A stretch of 64,000 nt of DNA from Flaccisagitta enflata. Its lineage: Eukaryota. This document shows positions 15,063 to 39,263 of the stretch, in pieces (positions within the stretch are counted from its first letter, which is position 1; every line of letters begins with the position of its first letter). The translations under genes were made by a program, and so were the position numbers. The notes beneath the pieces were generated by a model. That model saw nothing but the letters and a program-made list of their open reading frames with translations, did no database searches and had not been told where the DNA came from. The stretch covers positions 44,268,001 through 44,332,000 of the forward strand of contig OZ231126.1 of the NCBI GenBank assembly GCA_965153355.1, in the 5' to 3' direction.

Positions 15063-16135
15063 TCCTCTTTTTTAACAGCGTTGTCGTCTTTATCATGATC
15101 ATGTCAAAAAATTGTCAATCAATAGTGAGGTTATAAAATCCGCATGCCGCAAATAAGCGGGGCATCAGGTCCCAGTGTCAGACTTCAATTGTTTTTTATA
15201 CCTAGATATATTGATAGATAAACACTATTTTTAGTCGCGGACTAGCGACTCTATAAGAGGCTTTGTCCGTCCGTCCGTCCGTCGGTTGGTTGGTCGGTCG
15301 GTCGGTTGGTCCGTGGTGATCGAGTTGAGAGAGTGCGAAAACGCGCATTTCCGCCCCTGCCCACCCGTCCGCGACAGGTATTGGCCGTGTATCCGGCCTT
15401 GTTTCTTTCATTTACTTAATTCTAGCCTGAGCATCCGACTGCGGGCATGTAAGCTTACGCTCCCGATGCCCCTTTCAATATGGCGTCATCATAGTGAGCG
15501 AAAGGCGTTCATTTGAAGGCGAGTGCCGAGTGAGCCTAATAAGAAGGGACCAATTTCTGTTGAGCTGACGAAAAGGTTTCATCCAGCAAGTGCTCTGAGT
15601 CGTCAAATTCATTTATTGGCCGTCATTATGTATGCATTGTCTGGAGATTTGTGTGGAAATTTGCGCAAATCTTCCTAAAATATTTTTTGACCATTCAGTC
15701 TCTTAATCGAAACTTCGGAAGAAGAAATTTCTCGTTGATAACAGAATCGTCTTCGATAAACCCAGGTTTCTCGTTTCGGAAGTATTGACTGCTGTTTTCT
15801 TCAGATGCACTTATTCTACACAACGCATTAAAAGACAAGTTTTGAATTCAACTGTTTAAACTTTTTTTCCATATGTAGCACACCTCGTAACACTTGCTAT
15901 GATAAGGTTCCCGTTCAAGAACTTTCTGGCCACAGGTGGAAATCAGGCCAAATACTTTCCAAAGACTCGCATAATTTGTTAATGATCCCATTTAGAACAT
16001 GGAGGGCAGGAAAGGTTAAGTATTCACCCGTGGGGATATCAGCATCAGTCTTGACAACCTGTTCGAACTTGACGGAGAAATGTTTCTTGGCATCTGCAGC
16101 ACGTTACTTTGACATCATGAAACTATTGTAGTTTT

Positions 16136-16189
<54 letters not shown>

Positions 16190-16246
16190 GGCGGCATGAG
16201 AGAGTGAGTGATATATAGATACTCTCTCTGCACTCACATGTCTCTT

Positions 16247-16310
<64 letters not shown>

Positions 16311-16504
16311 CCTTCAATCGATCTAAGGGTGTCGCCACATGTATCACCGCCCTCCTGTCTTTGGTTCCAATGGCAAATGTAGCAGGAGTAAAGGCTCTTG
16401 TGCCCCGCGGAATGAGTGAATGAATGAATAAATGAATGAATGAAACAATGAATGCATGAATGAATGAATTAATGAATGAATTAATGAATAAAACATGATT
16501 AAAT

Positions 16505-17156
16505 AGTCGCAAAAGCGTTAGATGGTCAGCGGTACCCGTTGCCCCTGTAGGTATGTGTGGATGTGTGACGGTGAGAGGGGCAGCGGCCCCGAAGGGGCCG
16601 ATGACCTATGCTTATGATGTTCATGATGATGTAATTTGAGTCATAAGGCTGGGATTTGAGCCAAAAGATTGGAATATGAGCAATGAAGCTGGGATTTAAG
16701 CCATAAGGTTGGAATTTGAGCCCTGAGCCTGGGATTCAAGCTGGCGACTGTGATTTGGGCTTGAGGCTGCGATTTGAGCTTCGAAGCCTGGGGGGGGGAG
16801 AAGAAGGAGGAGGAGGAGAAGAAGGAAGAGGGGGGATTTGAGAGGTCAGCAGGCCCCGAAGGAACCGATGACCTATGCTAGGCTGTAATTTGAGTCATAA
16901 GGCTGGGATTTGAGCCAAAAGATTGGAATATGGGCGATGAAGCTGGGATTTAAGCCATAAGGTTGGAATTTGAGCCCTGAGCCTGGGATTCAAGCTGGCG
17001 ACTGTGATTTGGGCTTGAGGCTGCGATTTGAGCTTCGAAGCCTGGGGGGGGGGGGACGGAGAAGGAGGAGAAGAAGGAGAAGGAGAAGGAGGAGGAGAAA
17101 ATTTCTCCCTGTGTGAAAGCATAGGTCATCGGCCCCTTCGGGGCCGCTGCCCAAAA
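16505..17156. mobile_element. HINE-like family A copy with an internal ~250-bp tandem duplication
   Basis: Family A termini; 16630-16800 is repeated at 16885-17055. Confidence 0.65.
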
Positions 17157-18598
17157 GGAGAAAGGAATATTGATTGAGAGTATTTTCAGAAATCTTATGA
17201 AAACATGACTGACAGATCGAAATCCAAACTAACCAACAGATGGACAGACAGACTGACAAACTGTCAGGCGAACCATGAATGAATGAATGATTTAATGAAT
17301 GAACGAATGAATGAATGAATGAATGAACGAATGAATGAATGAATGTATAAAACATCATTACAAAGGAGAAAGGAATATTGATTGAGAGTGTTTTCAGAGA
17401 TCTTTTGAAAACATAACTGACAGATTGAAATGCAAACTGACCAACAGATGGACAGACAGGCAGACAGACAGACAAACTGACAGGCTAACCAATGGACAGG
17501 CCAATAGACTGGACTTCGTTTAGATACGCAAGGACGTTATGATTTGGAGAGGTAAAAAGAATAAAGACATAGATTTCAGTCAGCTACAAGCATTTGGCCT
17601 GTGGTGGGACTCCCTTACAGGCTCTCAAAGGGGCTGATATCTCCCATGATGGATTTTTTCAAAAAAGATAACCAAATATCTTCAAATCGAGACCATCTCC
17701 AAGTATTTTGGCCAATTCGTTTAGAAATTATTCTTCAAACAAGGTAAACTTTCCGTTGTATGGATACTACCATCTGACCTGTTTTTGTTCTTGATGATAG
17801 AGGGCATTTCACCAAAAGTTTGCTTTAAAAAAGACTTACCAAATAGTGGGGGATGTTCCCCACACACTACTGAACACTTCTCCACCGATCAGTGCCGCAG
17901 ACACTCAAGTCTGATTAAATCGCTATATGGGAACGGCGTGTTTACGGTTCTGAAGTTAAAATAGAATTGTCAAAATCATGCCTTCGCTAAACCACCTGGC
18001 ATAGTGTTTAAGATAGGTGCTGAATCTTTTCAACGAGCACCCATGCATATTCATGATTAACATGGCTCAAACTACGCTAACGGAAATTTTCATTCTTAAT
18101 GCCGGAGAAGCAGAGTCCTTTCCTTGAAAATCTGGACTGTAAGACTGATACTAACGCCACGGTCGCCAAAACTTCCAAAATTTACACAGCTAACACTGCC
18201 GTCCCTGGCCCTGCTGCTTCCACTGCTCCTAAAGCCGATGGAACCACTCCGCCCAAGTTAAGAATGACTTAACTTACTAAGTTTATTACTTTGCTCCTCC
18301 CATTCTTACAGCAGCAGCTTACAGCTCTTACGACATCACTACCACCTCTCACCCACTTTCAAGTAAAACCGTCTTATTAGCGGCGGACACGCAACTCTAT
18401 AAGAGTCTGGCCTTCAGTCGGTCCGTCCATTAGTCCGTTGGTAAGCCTAAACGTCCCCAAGATTCGCCTCCATTTTCTGCAACATTCACCTCAATGCTCC
18501 AGACGGATTGTCTTTTCTGCAACCCCAACACAATCGACACGTCTGATGACAGTCCCTTTCATACAAAAGTCGTCTCACTCTCAATCTCTGTCTATCTA

Positions 18599-18693
<95 letters not shown>

Positions 18694-18771
18694 TTGATTG
18701 CCAAGTTATCATCAATATTATTGCAAATTTTCCTCAAACTCAAATTATCTTATAACTTTGTCTCTGACAAC

Positions 18772-19416
18772 TGCATAATGCAGTTGGATAAAACAATATG
18801 CTGACACTCTTTGAATTACCTTTTACAAATTTCTACTCATTAAAAAATTGTTAATCTGCCCCTCCATAAGCTCGTTCATAACTTATGTTCTGATATTTCA
18901 GTTTATTTTTATAAACATTATGATTTTTTAAAACAAATAATTGTCCTTTTTGTAACAAAACTACACAGGATTTTGCTGAAATCTGGGAAATCTGTAGGAA
19001 CCTTAAGGCCAAAACAAATACGGAAGATGAAGGAATCCTAAAAAAAAATTGTCATCTTCATGATTTTTGCTACTCCACATTACCTAAGTAGGGTGAAGGG
19101 ATATTCCCAACCTTTGCTATGTGAAGCACTTGGGCAATGATTTTCCTTTTTTCAAAATTCTTTCATCTTGCGTTTTGGCCTTAAAGTTCCCACAGATTTC
19201 CCAGAATTCAGTAAAATCCTATGTAGTTTATTTGCAAAAATGGCAATTATTGGTTTTAAAAAGTCATGATATTTGTAAAAATAAACTAAAATATCAGATC
19301 ATAAGCTATAAAAAGAGCTTATGAAAAAGCAGAATTACAAGTCTATGAAGAAAAAAAAATTGTAAAAGCTTATTCAAACAAGGTCAGAATATTGTTTTAT
19401 CCCACTGCATTATGCA
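18772..19416. mobile_element. Palindromic (foldback) MITE-like element
   Basis: TGCATAATGCAGTTGGATAAAACAATAT is inverted at 19389-19416, and the two halves pair along most of the length. TSD not resolved. Confidence 0.6.
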
Positions 19417-20992
19417 AATTAGGTCCTCCAAATCAATTTTCAATCAATCAATCAATGGAAGATAAATAATTTTTGATAAAAGAAGAATAGTAAGGGTTCT
19501 AAAATTTGCCGCTCCATATTAGGTAAAGAGGGCGAAGAGAAATAACCAACTTTTGCTATGTGAAGCATCCAAGTGAAGCACCCAAACGCTGCATTTCCGC
19601 GCAAAATGCCTCGCAAACATCTTTACGGCAAAATTGTTCCATTTTTGCGGCAGATGAGACATCTGAAGAAGGTACGGAGGTACAGCAGCAGCAAAAACAA
19701 CATCAGCAGCAGCAACAATCATGACAGTATACTGTTACTCCAGTAGCAGCAATAACAACGACGAATGCAGCAGGGATAGCAAATACAGTAGCAGCAACAA
19801 TAGTGATAGCAGCAGTGACGGAATATAGTTGTCGCAGCCGAAGCAGCAAAAAAAAAAAAAAAAACAAAACAAAAACTGCAGCTGCAGCGACAACCGCAGC
19901 GGTAATAGCAGCGGTGATGGTATTGGAACGAGCTAATGACAGCGACGGCAACGTCAGAAGTAAACAATATCAGCAGCACACAACAAAAAAGCAATTATTT
20001 ACAGCAACAACAGCAAGAAAAAAGCAACTGAAGCAATGACAGCAGCAGCAATCATGGGCGGCAATAGTAACAGCAGCAACAACTTTGGGTCGAGAGAAAT
20101 GGATAATTGTTACTACGCGATGCAAAATTTGCTGCTCTAGAAAATTTGATTTATCTTTATAATGTGCAAAATATGGACATGAACACATGGCATATCAAAA
20201 TTACCTAGTTACAGATTTAAATGAAATTGAACAAGAGCCCCCAAGAAAACTGTATTGATTGTTAGCTTATGATGATACAAATGGCACAATCAGTGATTTA
20301 AAAATTGTGCTTCCCAAGATGTAGCTGATAAATGGGGGGGGGGGGAGTCCGTTCAATTGCACTCAAATCGGTCGAAATGCAAATTATCATATGACCAAGG
20401 AATCAACAAAGACGATTTTTTTTGACAATGGATCATGTATTGCATATTCAAATATCGTTAAAACATTTTTTTACATCAATACATTTCTCTTGTACTTCAA
20501 AGAGTCTGTCGCTTTATCTTTCCTGGGGCGCCTAATAAAAAAAAATCAAAAATTGATTCTCTTATTTTGCTTTCAGAATTGACTGGGTTATCAAAAAATA
20601 TTTTTAGGTATTTCGACTCATGCTAATGGATGGATTGTCGGACCAACAGACCAATGGATGGACCAATGGACGGAGAAATTCTCTCACAGAGTTGTGTGTT
20701 GCAACTAAAGATACAACTTACGCTGTTATCAAAAACTATTTGCAGCGGTTGCTAAACAAGGCCGGATACACGGCCAATAAGTAGGCACTGGCAGTAATGT
20801 GGGTGGGCTGGGGCAGTATGGGGGTGGACGGGGCAGTATGGGGGTGGACGGGGCTGTATTGTGCCTGGGCAGGAGCAGTAATGTTCAATAGTCCGTATTT
20901 CAGTCGATTTCTTGTCATCCAAAATTTCGCGGTGCTGACCTATGGACCCTCCTTCCTGGGGACACAGCCTGTTATAGAGTCGCTTAGCCAGC

Positions 20993-21609
20993 AACAAAAA
21001 ATCAGTATTTGGGTCCGCGACAGAGGGGGGGTTGAATATCACCAATTCCATAAGATCGCTATGACCAAAAGATCCCTAACCCTGTAAGTTCGCTGAAGAG
21101 CCTCCATACAAAGTTTCATGCAAATCCGTTGAAAAATGGCAAAGTTATGCACGTTTTTCACTTTTGGGGTGGTTGGGTGGTAGGCCGGTTTGGATATATT
21201 GTGTGCATATGTTGAGTTCTTCCATTTAGAGACTCCATACCAAGTTTTAACCAAATTGGTTGAAAAAAGTCCAATTTATGCAAGTTTCTCGCTTTTAAGC
21301 CAGTAAGCTGGTTGGGCGGTAGGTCGGTTTGGCCAGTTAGCATACTGAAACATAAATAAATCACATACATGTGTTGAGTCATTCCATTTAGAGATTCCGT
21401 ACCGAATTTCAACCAAATTGGTTGAAAAACGCCAAAGATATGCAAAATTTTCACTTTTAGGCTGGTAGGCTGGTTGGGTGGTAGGCTGGTTTGACAGGAT
21501 AAAAAGTGCGCTTATGTTGAGTTCTTTCATTTAGAGACTCCATATCAAGTTTCAACCAAATTATGCATGTTTTTCACTCTTTGGTTGGTAGGCTGGTTGA
21601 GTGGTAGGT
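20993..21609. mobile_element. Left half of a HINE-like interspersed repeat split by the giant transposon
   Basis: Tandem ~150-bp internal units (ttccatttagagactccatacc...aaattggttgaaaaa) continue directly after the TSD at 39975. Confidence 0.7.
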
Positions 21610-21802
21610 TCGGGTGTGTCATATTACAAAAGGTTTTTTGATCGCTTCATCAACATCAGGGGGCATGGGGGGACGAATTCTAAGACACTTAGCGTTTTTA
21701 CTTTTTTAAATTTCATACATCTTCCGTTTTTTTAGCAACGAAAACTGTTTTCGCTGTTTATATATTCCTCCCTGGTTTACGTCATCGATGACTTCGTTTT
21801 CG
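21610..21802 (+). repeat. Left terminal inverted repeat of the giant transposon
   Basis: Reverse complement of 39782-39974. Confidence 0.93.
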
Positions 21803-22240
21803 GACGTCATCTCTAGTGTATGATCATCGATCGTTTTATGGGTTCATCTCGGTGCCCAAATATGTTTCGAAATGATTCCGCTTAAGATAGTGACAAGAGC
21901 AATGCTAGTTGTGTATCAGCGAATTGATACAAGAATGCATAGGCTGTAAATGCTCCCGCAATAACAACGCTGCGTTATGCAAATTAAGTATTCAAACAGA
22001 AAATTCCGAAGATGTCGCCCACGAACTGGTGAAGCCTGTTCGTACACGTTATACGATGAATTGAGCTAAATCGAGTCATGCTTAATATAAAGACGGTCAA
22101 ATTTACCTTTATGAATTGAGGCGCCTCTCTGGAATGGTACGAAGCAGGATGAAGCAGGATGAACACGAAGTGAGGGGAAGATGATCGAAGACAACAGTTA
22201 CATGTTATTTGACGACATTTGATGCCTCCGCGGAAGTATC

Positions 22241-22486
<246 letters not shown>

Positions 22487-22687
22487 CCTTTCGCGTTCTC
22501 GTACACCATGCACAAGTCAGGGCTCTGAGACGTGTAGATGTATTGTTTCATACCCGTTCCACGTTTTTTAGGCGCAGAAATATCAAGTACGGAATCAAAA
22601 ATTTTACCTCTATCGCCACTCGTAAGACAACGTTCGAGTATACTAGCAATTAGACTCCGCTTGAACGGATATTTACCTATTACAGTC

Positions 22688-23391
22688 TTTGGGCAGTGGC
22701 CCGGGCGGGGCCGATGACCAAGGATTCCACAGAGGGCAATTTTCTCCGATTTCCGTATGTCTGCCCTCTGAAACCTCAAACCAGGCTTACCAAGCTCAAA
22801 ATCAAGCCTATATAAGCCCGAATTAGGCCTCTCAGACCTCTAATCAGGGCTCTCAGATCCAAATTCAGGCCTTCCTGGCCTCAAATTGAGCCACTAAAAC
22901 CTCAAATTAGGCCTTTGAAACCCTAGATTGAACCTCTCAGACCACAAATTAGGCCTCTCAGATCCCAAATCAAGCCTCAGATCCAAAATAAAACCTCTCA
23001 AACCCCGATGCAGGCCTTTTAGACCCCCAGTCAAGCCTCTCAGACCTTAAATCTGGCCTCTCCAGCCAAAAAGCAGGCCTCATTTTTCCTAAATCAGACA
23101 TCTTAACCCCCAAAATCAGCTTCTCAAACCTTCATTTGTCCAAGTCCCCTTCACCAAGACACAAATCACTTTTCTCAGCTCTGGCCTCAAATTAAGCCCC
23201 TAAGACCCTAAATCTGGCATCTCAGACCTCAATTCAGACCCATTGGTCAACAAACACAAAACGAAGATTGGAGAAAATTGCCCTATGTAGAATCATAAGT
23301 CATCAGCCCTTCCAGGGCCGCTGCCTCTCTCACCATCTTATCCTTATATTACCATAGGGGCATCGGGTACCGCTGACCGCTTTTGCGACTA
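22688..23391. mobile_element. HINE-like family A copy inside the giant transposon
   Basis: Same subterminal IR, 21-bp internal units and GGGTACCGCTGACC..TTTTGCGACT end as 9939-10658. Confidence 0.65.
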
Positions 23392-24346
23392 GTCATTTTT
23401 TTTTCATATTGACAATAAAAAAAACAAACCCGACCGGGCAAAGATGCGTCCGGGCTGTTTCTCTGCGTGTATTGAACATGTGACGTATATGGAGAGACAG
23501 AAGGACAAACAGACAGATGAATCGACCAGATCCAGAGTAGTAAAGGAAGCCTTTAAATATGTTTGTCGATCATTTGATTCAGTATAGCATCTCATCGTGG
23601 CCAAAACAACCGAGGAACGCGTATTTTCGGACTCATGGGGCCACTTCGGTGATTTTTTTTTCAAAGTTTTTTTTATACTGAATCTATTCTAGATCGGCTC
23701 CGAAGTAGAGTCAACTTGATATTTTGGCACTTTGACAAAATTACCAATTGATCTGAGCTATGTCGAACTGTACTTAATCTGAGATACACACTACCGAACT
23801 CTTCACCATGAGTTTCTGACAGATTTTCCTTATCCACAATCATCGTGACCAAAATTGCCGATGATGAACCTCCGTCCTTGGGTGATCATCGCTACCTAAA
23901 ATCGCCGATGAAAAAGCTCGGGCCGTTTAAAAGAACTTGCGTAACGGATGGACATACCGACGGACGGACCGACCAACGGACAAACCCTCTTATAGAGATG
24001 CGTTCCTGACGGACTCTTGCAACAAATAGAATTGATAAGTCTCTTGAAATCCATTCAGATGGAGTTAACTTGCATAGGGCGTATTTTTACAAATGGGAAG
24101 ACACGGAACAAGGCCGGATACACGGCCACCAGTTGCGGACGGGTGGGCAGGGGCGGAAATGCGCGTTTTCCAACTATTCAACTCGAGCATGACGGACCGA
24201 CCAGCTTGGACCGACCCGGCAGACTGTCCAACAGACGGACAGACAGACCACCAACCTCTTATAGAGTTGCATGTCCACAAATGAATTAAGATCCCACATC
24301 CCGCCAAGCACCACAATTAAGATGACTGATGACTTCAATTCCCAGA

Positions 24347-24410
<64 letters not shown>

Positions 24411-24699
24411 GACTTACAATGCTATCTCAAACTGTTATAGCTTATTTGAGGATAAAAAACAGACCTCTTTATAAATCGTAAGTACACCACGGCCTGTTAC
24501 ATTCTATCTCCATACACACAAAGACATTCACAACTATGTTTTCATAAGAGTAAACGAGGTAGGATAGATGCAGTCAGGCCCTTACCCACGGAAAAAATCA
24601 GGCCCTTACCCACGGAAAAAATCTAGGCTTGACCGACCAACCAACCAAGCGAGACGTGACATAAGATGTCATCCTGAGTAGTAACAACTTTTAGTCGCT

Positions 24700-27046
24700 T
24701 AGCTACGGAAAGAATCTTTCAACAAGCATTCCAATGTATCCCTTAAAGATGATCGGGAAAAAAGTTGAAGTCAGTCTTCGACTTTTTGACTTATTCGAGA
24801 GAAACCGGGTTTTCATTTTCTTATGAAAAAGTTGAAGGTCTCGAGCAACCAATTGAGGCTTCCAATAAAATTGATAGGGTTAGTGATATGATAATTCTCT
24901 TTTATTTGGCGCCAAGCAGAATGCTCTATAACCAATATTTTTTGCGTTATGATTTTTAAAAAATTTATTTATAAAAAATTCTAGTTTCAGCATGCAAATA
25001 CAAGAAAACGTGTTTGTGAGCATAGCTGCTCATCTGTGAAGGTGTTTTTGAATAATCTAGCTCATTTAGCTTATTTAGCTCAGTCTTTTTTTCTGATTAC
25101 AGATGTGATAAATGAATGAATATTTTGATACACATGTAAGTAAGCAGATACAAAAAAACATGTCAGTGAGCATAGCTGCTTATCTGTGAGGGTGTATTTC
25201 AGTATTCTAGCTCACTTAGCTCTTTTTATTCTTATTCTTAATAGGATAGATAAATAAATGTTTTGATGTAAGCATGCAAGTATAAAAAAGCATGTTTGTA
25301 AGTATATTTGGTTGTCTGGTCATTGATTTTGCGCATTTTAGCTCATCTAGCTTATTTGGCCCAACCTTTTTTTTTCTGATTTTCAATGTAATCAATATAT
25401 ATAATTGCTCTTGATTTGATTTTACAAATAAAAAGATTTGCAATGATTGAAAAAACAAGCAAGGTGAAAAGTGACCAAGGCTTACGACTTTTTTCCTCAC
25501 GGCGACACACGCCATTACAGGTATATTCTATCCATATCCATAACATTTTCTCCATTTTGTTGGGAATAACACATTGGAAAACCGATGAAGAAATAAAAAA
25601 GAAAGGAAACAATGTTTATATGTTTAAAGCCTCCGTCCTATAGAGAAAAAGGTTAACAATTCTTTTGAACTATTAAGACAATTTCTCGATAGAAATGAAG
25701 AGCTTTTTTATTTTATTTAGAAAAATCCAGCACAAAAATAATAACAGTCATTTCATATGTAACAGTTGACCTTCAAACACATTACACGCCCTAGCCGACA
25801 AACATGCTGGTGATTCCATGAGGGAAAAGGTCTCAATCAAGTACATATCCTCTTGCTCGCTCGCTCTCACTCGCTTGCTCTCACTCGCTCTCGCCCATTG
25901 CTCTCGCAATGTGCATTGTTCCTTCGTCAAAAATCTCTGAAATGATCTGCTGCACAACTCTCAATTCAACCAGAAACCTTCTTTTATCATTGGAATTAAT
26001 ATTTCTTCTATGCAAATTCTTTTTCCCTTATGCATATATAAGGAAACTTCTGAGTTACCCTAAAGATGGTTCCCGATTGATTTCACAGTCATGCAGTGGC
26101 TCATTTGAGAGATTTCTAGCAAAAGAACGAGATAACTTTAGTGCACTGGGGCATTTTCGCCAAACAATGCATATTCAGGCCTAATCTTGCCCTAAGATAC
26201 AGTACGCTGCAAGCAAACCCGGCTAAAACTGGAGGATTAATTCTTGTTTCAGCAATGTTATTTCCTTAATTTCATTTTTAGGTGCGACAAAGCACCTCTA
26301 TAACTGGCTGTGTCTGTCGGTTGGTCTGTTGCTTGATAACGCATTTGTTCAACTATCCACACGTCGCACCTTATTGGCCTACTTGGCCATATTGTATTTA
26401 ACTTAATTAAAGGATATTTAATTCCTTGAACATATTTGGCTATCAAAAAAAAAATAACTCTTGAAATCAAAGTCTATGAAGACATCATTTTGGAGTGTTC
26501 TTGCCTTAGATTCAGCAAAAAATTAAACCTATTCTAAAAAAAAAGATCAACTAAATCGGACAATTTTAACAGGTTTTACAGCCAATTGCTCTAAAAAAAC
26601 TTTGGACAATTATCCAAAAAAACTTAAAATAGCCATGAAACTTGTAATAATCTTTGGATTGATCTGATCTTTTTTTCAAAATTAAACAGAATTTTTTGCT
26701 GAATCTAATAGTTTTGGTTAAAACACTCAAAATTTATGTTTTCATAGACTTTGATTTCAAGAGTTAATTTTTTTGACCGCCAAATATGTTCAAGGAATTA
26801 AGTATCTTTTAATTAGGTTTGATACTAAATATGAAGTTAAGGAAATAAAATCAAACTACCAAAAATTAATCCTCCAGTTTTAGCCGGGTTTGCTCGAAAG
26901 GTACTGTAAGTCTACCTGTATTCAGGCAAAGATGACTCACCGTTTGAACCTGTTCATGGAAATTTGACCTTACCAAAAGGTTTTTTTTCACGAGAAACCT
27001 GATTTTGGAACCACTCCTCAAGCTTCCTCCATGAAGTGAATATCAT
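24700..27046 (-). pseudogene. Degenerate exon remnants inside the giant transposon, possibly MULE/FAR1-like transposase
   Basis: Exon 27046-26941 has strong splice sites (TTTTTTGCAG / GTGAGT) and reads MIFTSWRKLEEWFQNQ..PFGKVKFP*TGSN. It joins in phase to 26180-~26059 (GLNMHCLAKMPQCTKVISFF, then MTVKSIGNH after a frameshift). 24865-24700 reads SLNWLLETF and FLSNK...FFP in shifted frames. The similarity is weak. Confidence 0.3.
26200..26906. mobile_element. Tc1/mariner-like palindromic MITE (TA TSD) inside the giant transposon
   Basis: TA|CAGTAC..AGCAAACCCGGCTAAAACTGGAGGATTAATT ... AATTAATCCTCCAGTTTTAGCCGGGTTTGCT..GTACTG|TA; interrupted by a short HINE at ~26276-26392. Confidence 0.8.
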
Positions 27047-27754
27047 CTGCAAAAAAGGAAAGTGTGTGACCATTCTGCCAATTGTGGCCTGAAGAAGATA
27101 AGCAAATACCCCAGGGGTACCCCTATCTACTGTCTGCCATGACATGACATAGGGATTTAAAATGGCCAATGTAGCTACCACTCGTGGTAAATGATAGTCT
27201 TATGGGGAAAACTCAGAAGATTATAATCAGGGGGTTTAAATCATGTCGCGGACAGTGGGCTGGAAAAAAAACCCTCTAGCCCCTCTACATCCCCACCCCT
27301 AGCCATACAGACACATGCATAGGCGTAAATGTGCGTTTCTATACTGTCAACTGGTTTGTTACAGAACAACTGACTGATAGACGGACGGACGGAGAGACAT
27401 AGCCTCTCAAGGAGTAGCGAGTCCGCAAAAAAGTCTTGAAACCAAATACTTTAACAACTCAGATTTAGCCTTAATTTGTCGTCTGTACTAGGGAATTTCG
27501 CACAACCAGTCCTCTGAAACTCTATTGACAGCGAAATGCCGTACAAAAATGAAAACAATGTATAAACAATGTCGTTTCTTAACAATCATAGAATTCACAT
27601 GAAGCCAAAAATGAAACAATAGACTAGAATCAGGTTTTGAAAAAAATTCATAAAAAGACTAATCTATGTAAAACCGCTTACAAAACCTGTTTCCAGCATC
27701 AAAATTGAATAAATTGCATATATCAACAGAGAATAGATAATATAACTTAAAGTT

Positions 27755-37733
<9,979 letters not shown>

Positions 37734-38185
37734 TTTTAAGTATTCAAGCTGAAAAATTCAAATTGTCAATGAAATCAATGAATAAAAATCATCAAGTACC
37801 TACTCTTACAGTCTTGCTCATTTAGAAATGGAAGTGAAGGCATTAAAGTTAAACCAAACTAAGTATTTCTGTCTCTCTCTCTCTCTGGCCAATAAGTGCG
37901 CCTTGCTTGGTGAACGAAGGTTCTGACTGCACGAATGAATGAATAGATGAGCGAATGAATTTATGAATGAATGAAAAAATGAATGAATAAATTGTGAATA
38001 GGATTGAAGAAAGACATCAGAATTGGCCATTGTGCACATTTCAAACGATTGCGTTACTGACCGACCTAACTACCAACCGACAGACAGAAAGACATGACCT
38101 CTTAATGAAGTGCGAGGACGCACTTAAAAACGGCCGTATTGTGCGCACGGCTTTAACATTTTAGTGACGGACAGACCAGACAACA

Positions 38186-38274
<89 letters not shown>

Positions 38275-39053
38275 GAGGAAATTCTAGACAATGTATATCT
38301 TCATTACACAGACATCAAAGTGAACCGAAGGTGAACCAAAAAATGGACGGACAAATAGAGAAACCATTATGAAAATACAATATGCATGGATATTGAATAT
38401 AAAGACACTTGAAAATAATAAAACAAGCAACGTAAACGACTAACAATTATGACATCTATAAAGAAACATTTTACCAATCATTGCAAGTTTGCATGGAATA
38501 TTATCTTTTTTCAACATAAATAAACTAAATGTTCTTCCTGAACTAGAACATATCAGGAACAACACTACATTTCTTGACTATGGTCGACGTTGCAAGAAAA
38601 CAGGAGGAGCACGGCCAATAAGATTTTGCTTGTGAGTTGGCAGAGATACTGTAGGAGATGGTCGGGCGTATATCACTTAACGTTTTACGTTTTCCTAAGC
38701 AAGTTGCTATCCCCAACGCTACCCCTGCACCCAACACTACCCCAATAACCAACACCACCCCTAGCCTGAACCAATCCCCTAACTCAGTCAAACCCCTAGC
38801 CTGAACCAATCCCCTAACTCAGTCAAACCCCTTCAACTTAACTAAACCTTGTAAACGAAACTGTTACAGGACAAAAATGTTACGGGACGGACCAACGGAC
38901 CGACCGAAACAGCAAGGTATAGAGTAGCTCGTCCGCGACTAATAATAATATCAGCAGGGTTTTTTTTTCAAAGAAAATATATGCGGATCACGGGAACGGG
39001 ATCGGGAACGGGAACTTGTCAACTTGAAGCGACAAATTTGAAAAGTAGGTGAA

Positions 39054-39263
39054 TCATAGAACTTGTAGAAGATTACAACTAACATCACAGCCCTTAGACA
39101 ATACACAGCCATTTTGTAGACTAGGTAATACGAGAGCGTTCGGCGGTGCCCTTGCCACGATTAGTCCAGCATTGGCACATTGAAGTAACACAGATAGACG
39201 CTGAAAACATTGACGATTAACTGGATCTTTTGGGGAAGGAGAACGCGCGGCTGCGAGTCCCAT
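39054..39263 (-). pseudogene. Possible 3' fragment of an RLE-type (CRE/NeSL-like) non-LTR retrotransposon ORF
   Basis: Translation FQRLSVLLQCANAGLI resembles the C-terminal 'QRLSVxLQRGNA' motif that follows restriction-like endonuclease domains. No RT sequence is visible. Confidence 0.4.

Larger units (their letters stand above)
12400..18136 (-). pseudogene. Decayed intron-containing KDZ (Kyakuja-Dileera-Zisupton)-type transposase
   Basis: Exon-like pieces with GT-AG ends: 18136-17996 (SASPALRMKISVSVV*AMLIMNMHGCSLKRFSTYL, CxC-associated-like) joins in phase to 17949-17840 (CSVVCGEHPPLF); then DGS near 17772; ~16093-15884 (DIPTGEYLTFP); 12767-12642 (RTAFHGDNCNII); from 12554 (GTGRTASETES*F, different frame). 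The order matches the KDZ core as I recall it: CxxC-P-DG, GE-Y-P, H-x-x-x-C, G-x-T-x-x-E-x-x-E. In-frame stops and frameshifts are present. Confidence 0.55.

Noticed and set aside
17840-18136. In-frame TGA codons read as selenocysteine
   Set aside because: Neighbouring exons also carry frameshifts and TAA stops, so pseudogene decay is the simpler explanation; no SECIS was identified.
19681-20082. CAG/CAA-rich stretch as a polyQ/polyA exon
   Set aside because: Degenerate simple repeat with stops and an A-run; no splice support.
23800-23894. Exon-like piece VAMITQGRRFIIGNFGHDDCG* on the minus strand
   Set aside because: Stops in all frames and only vague similarity to the transposase; it cannot be assigned.
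38756-38832. 32-bp direct duplication in a CCCTAA-like context, considered as a telomeric repeat
   Set aside because: No true telomeric tandem array; it is a local duplication within a repeat.
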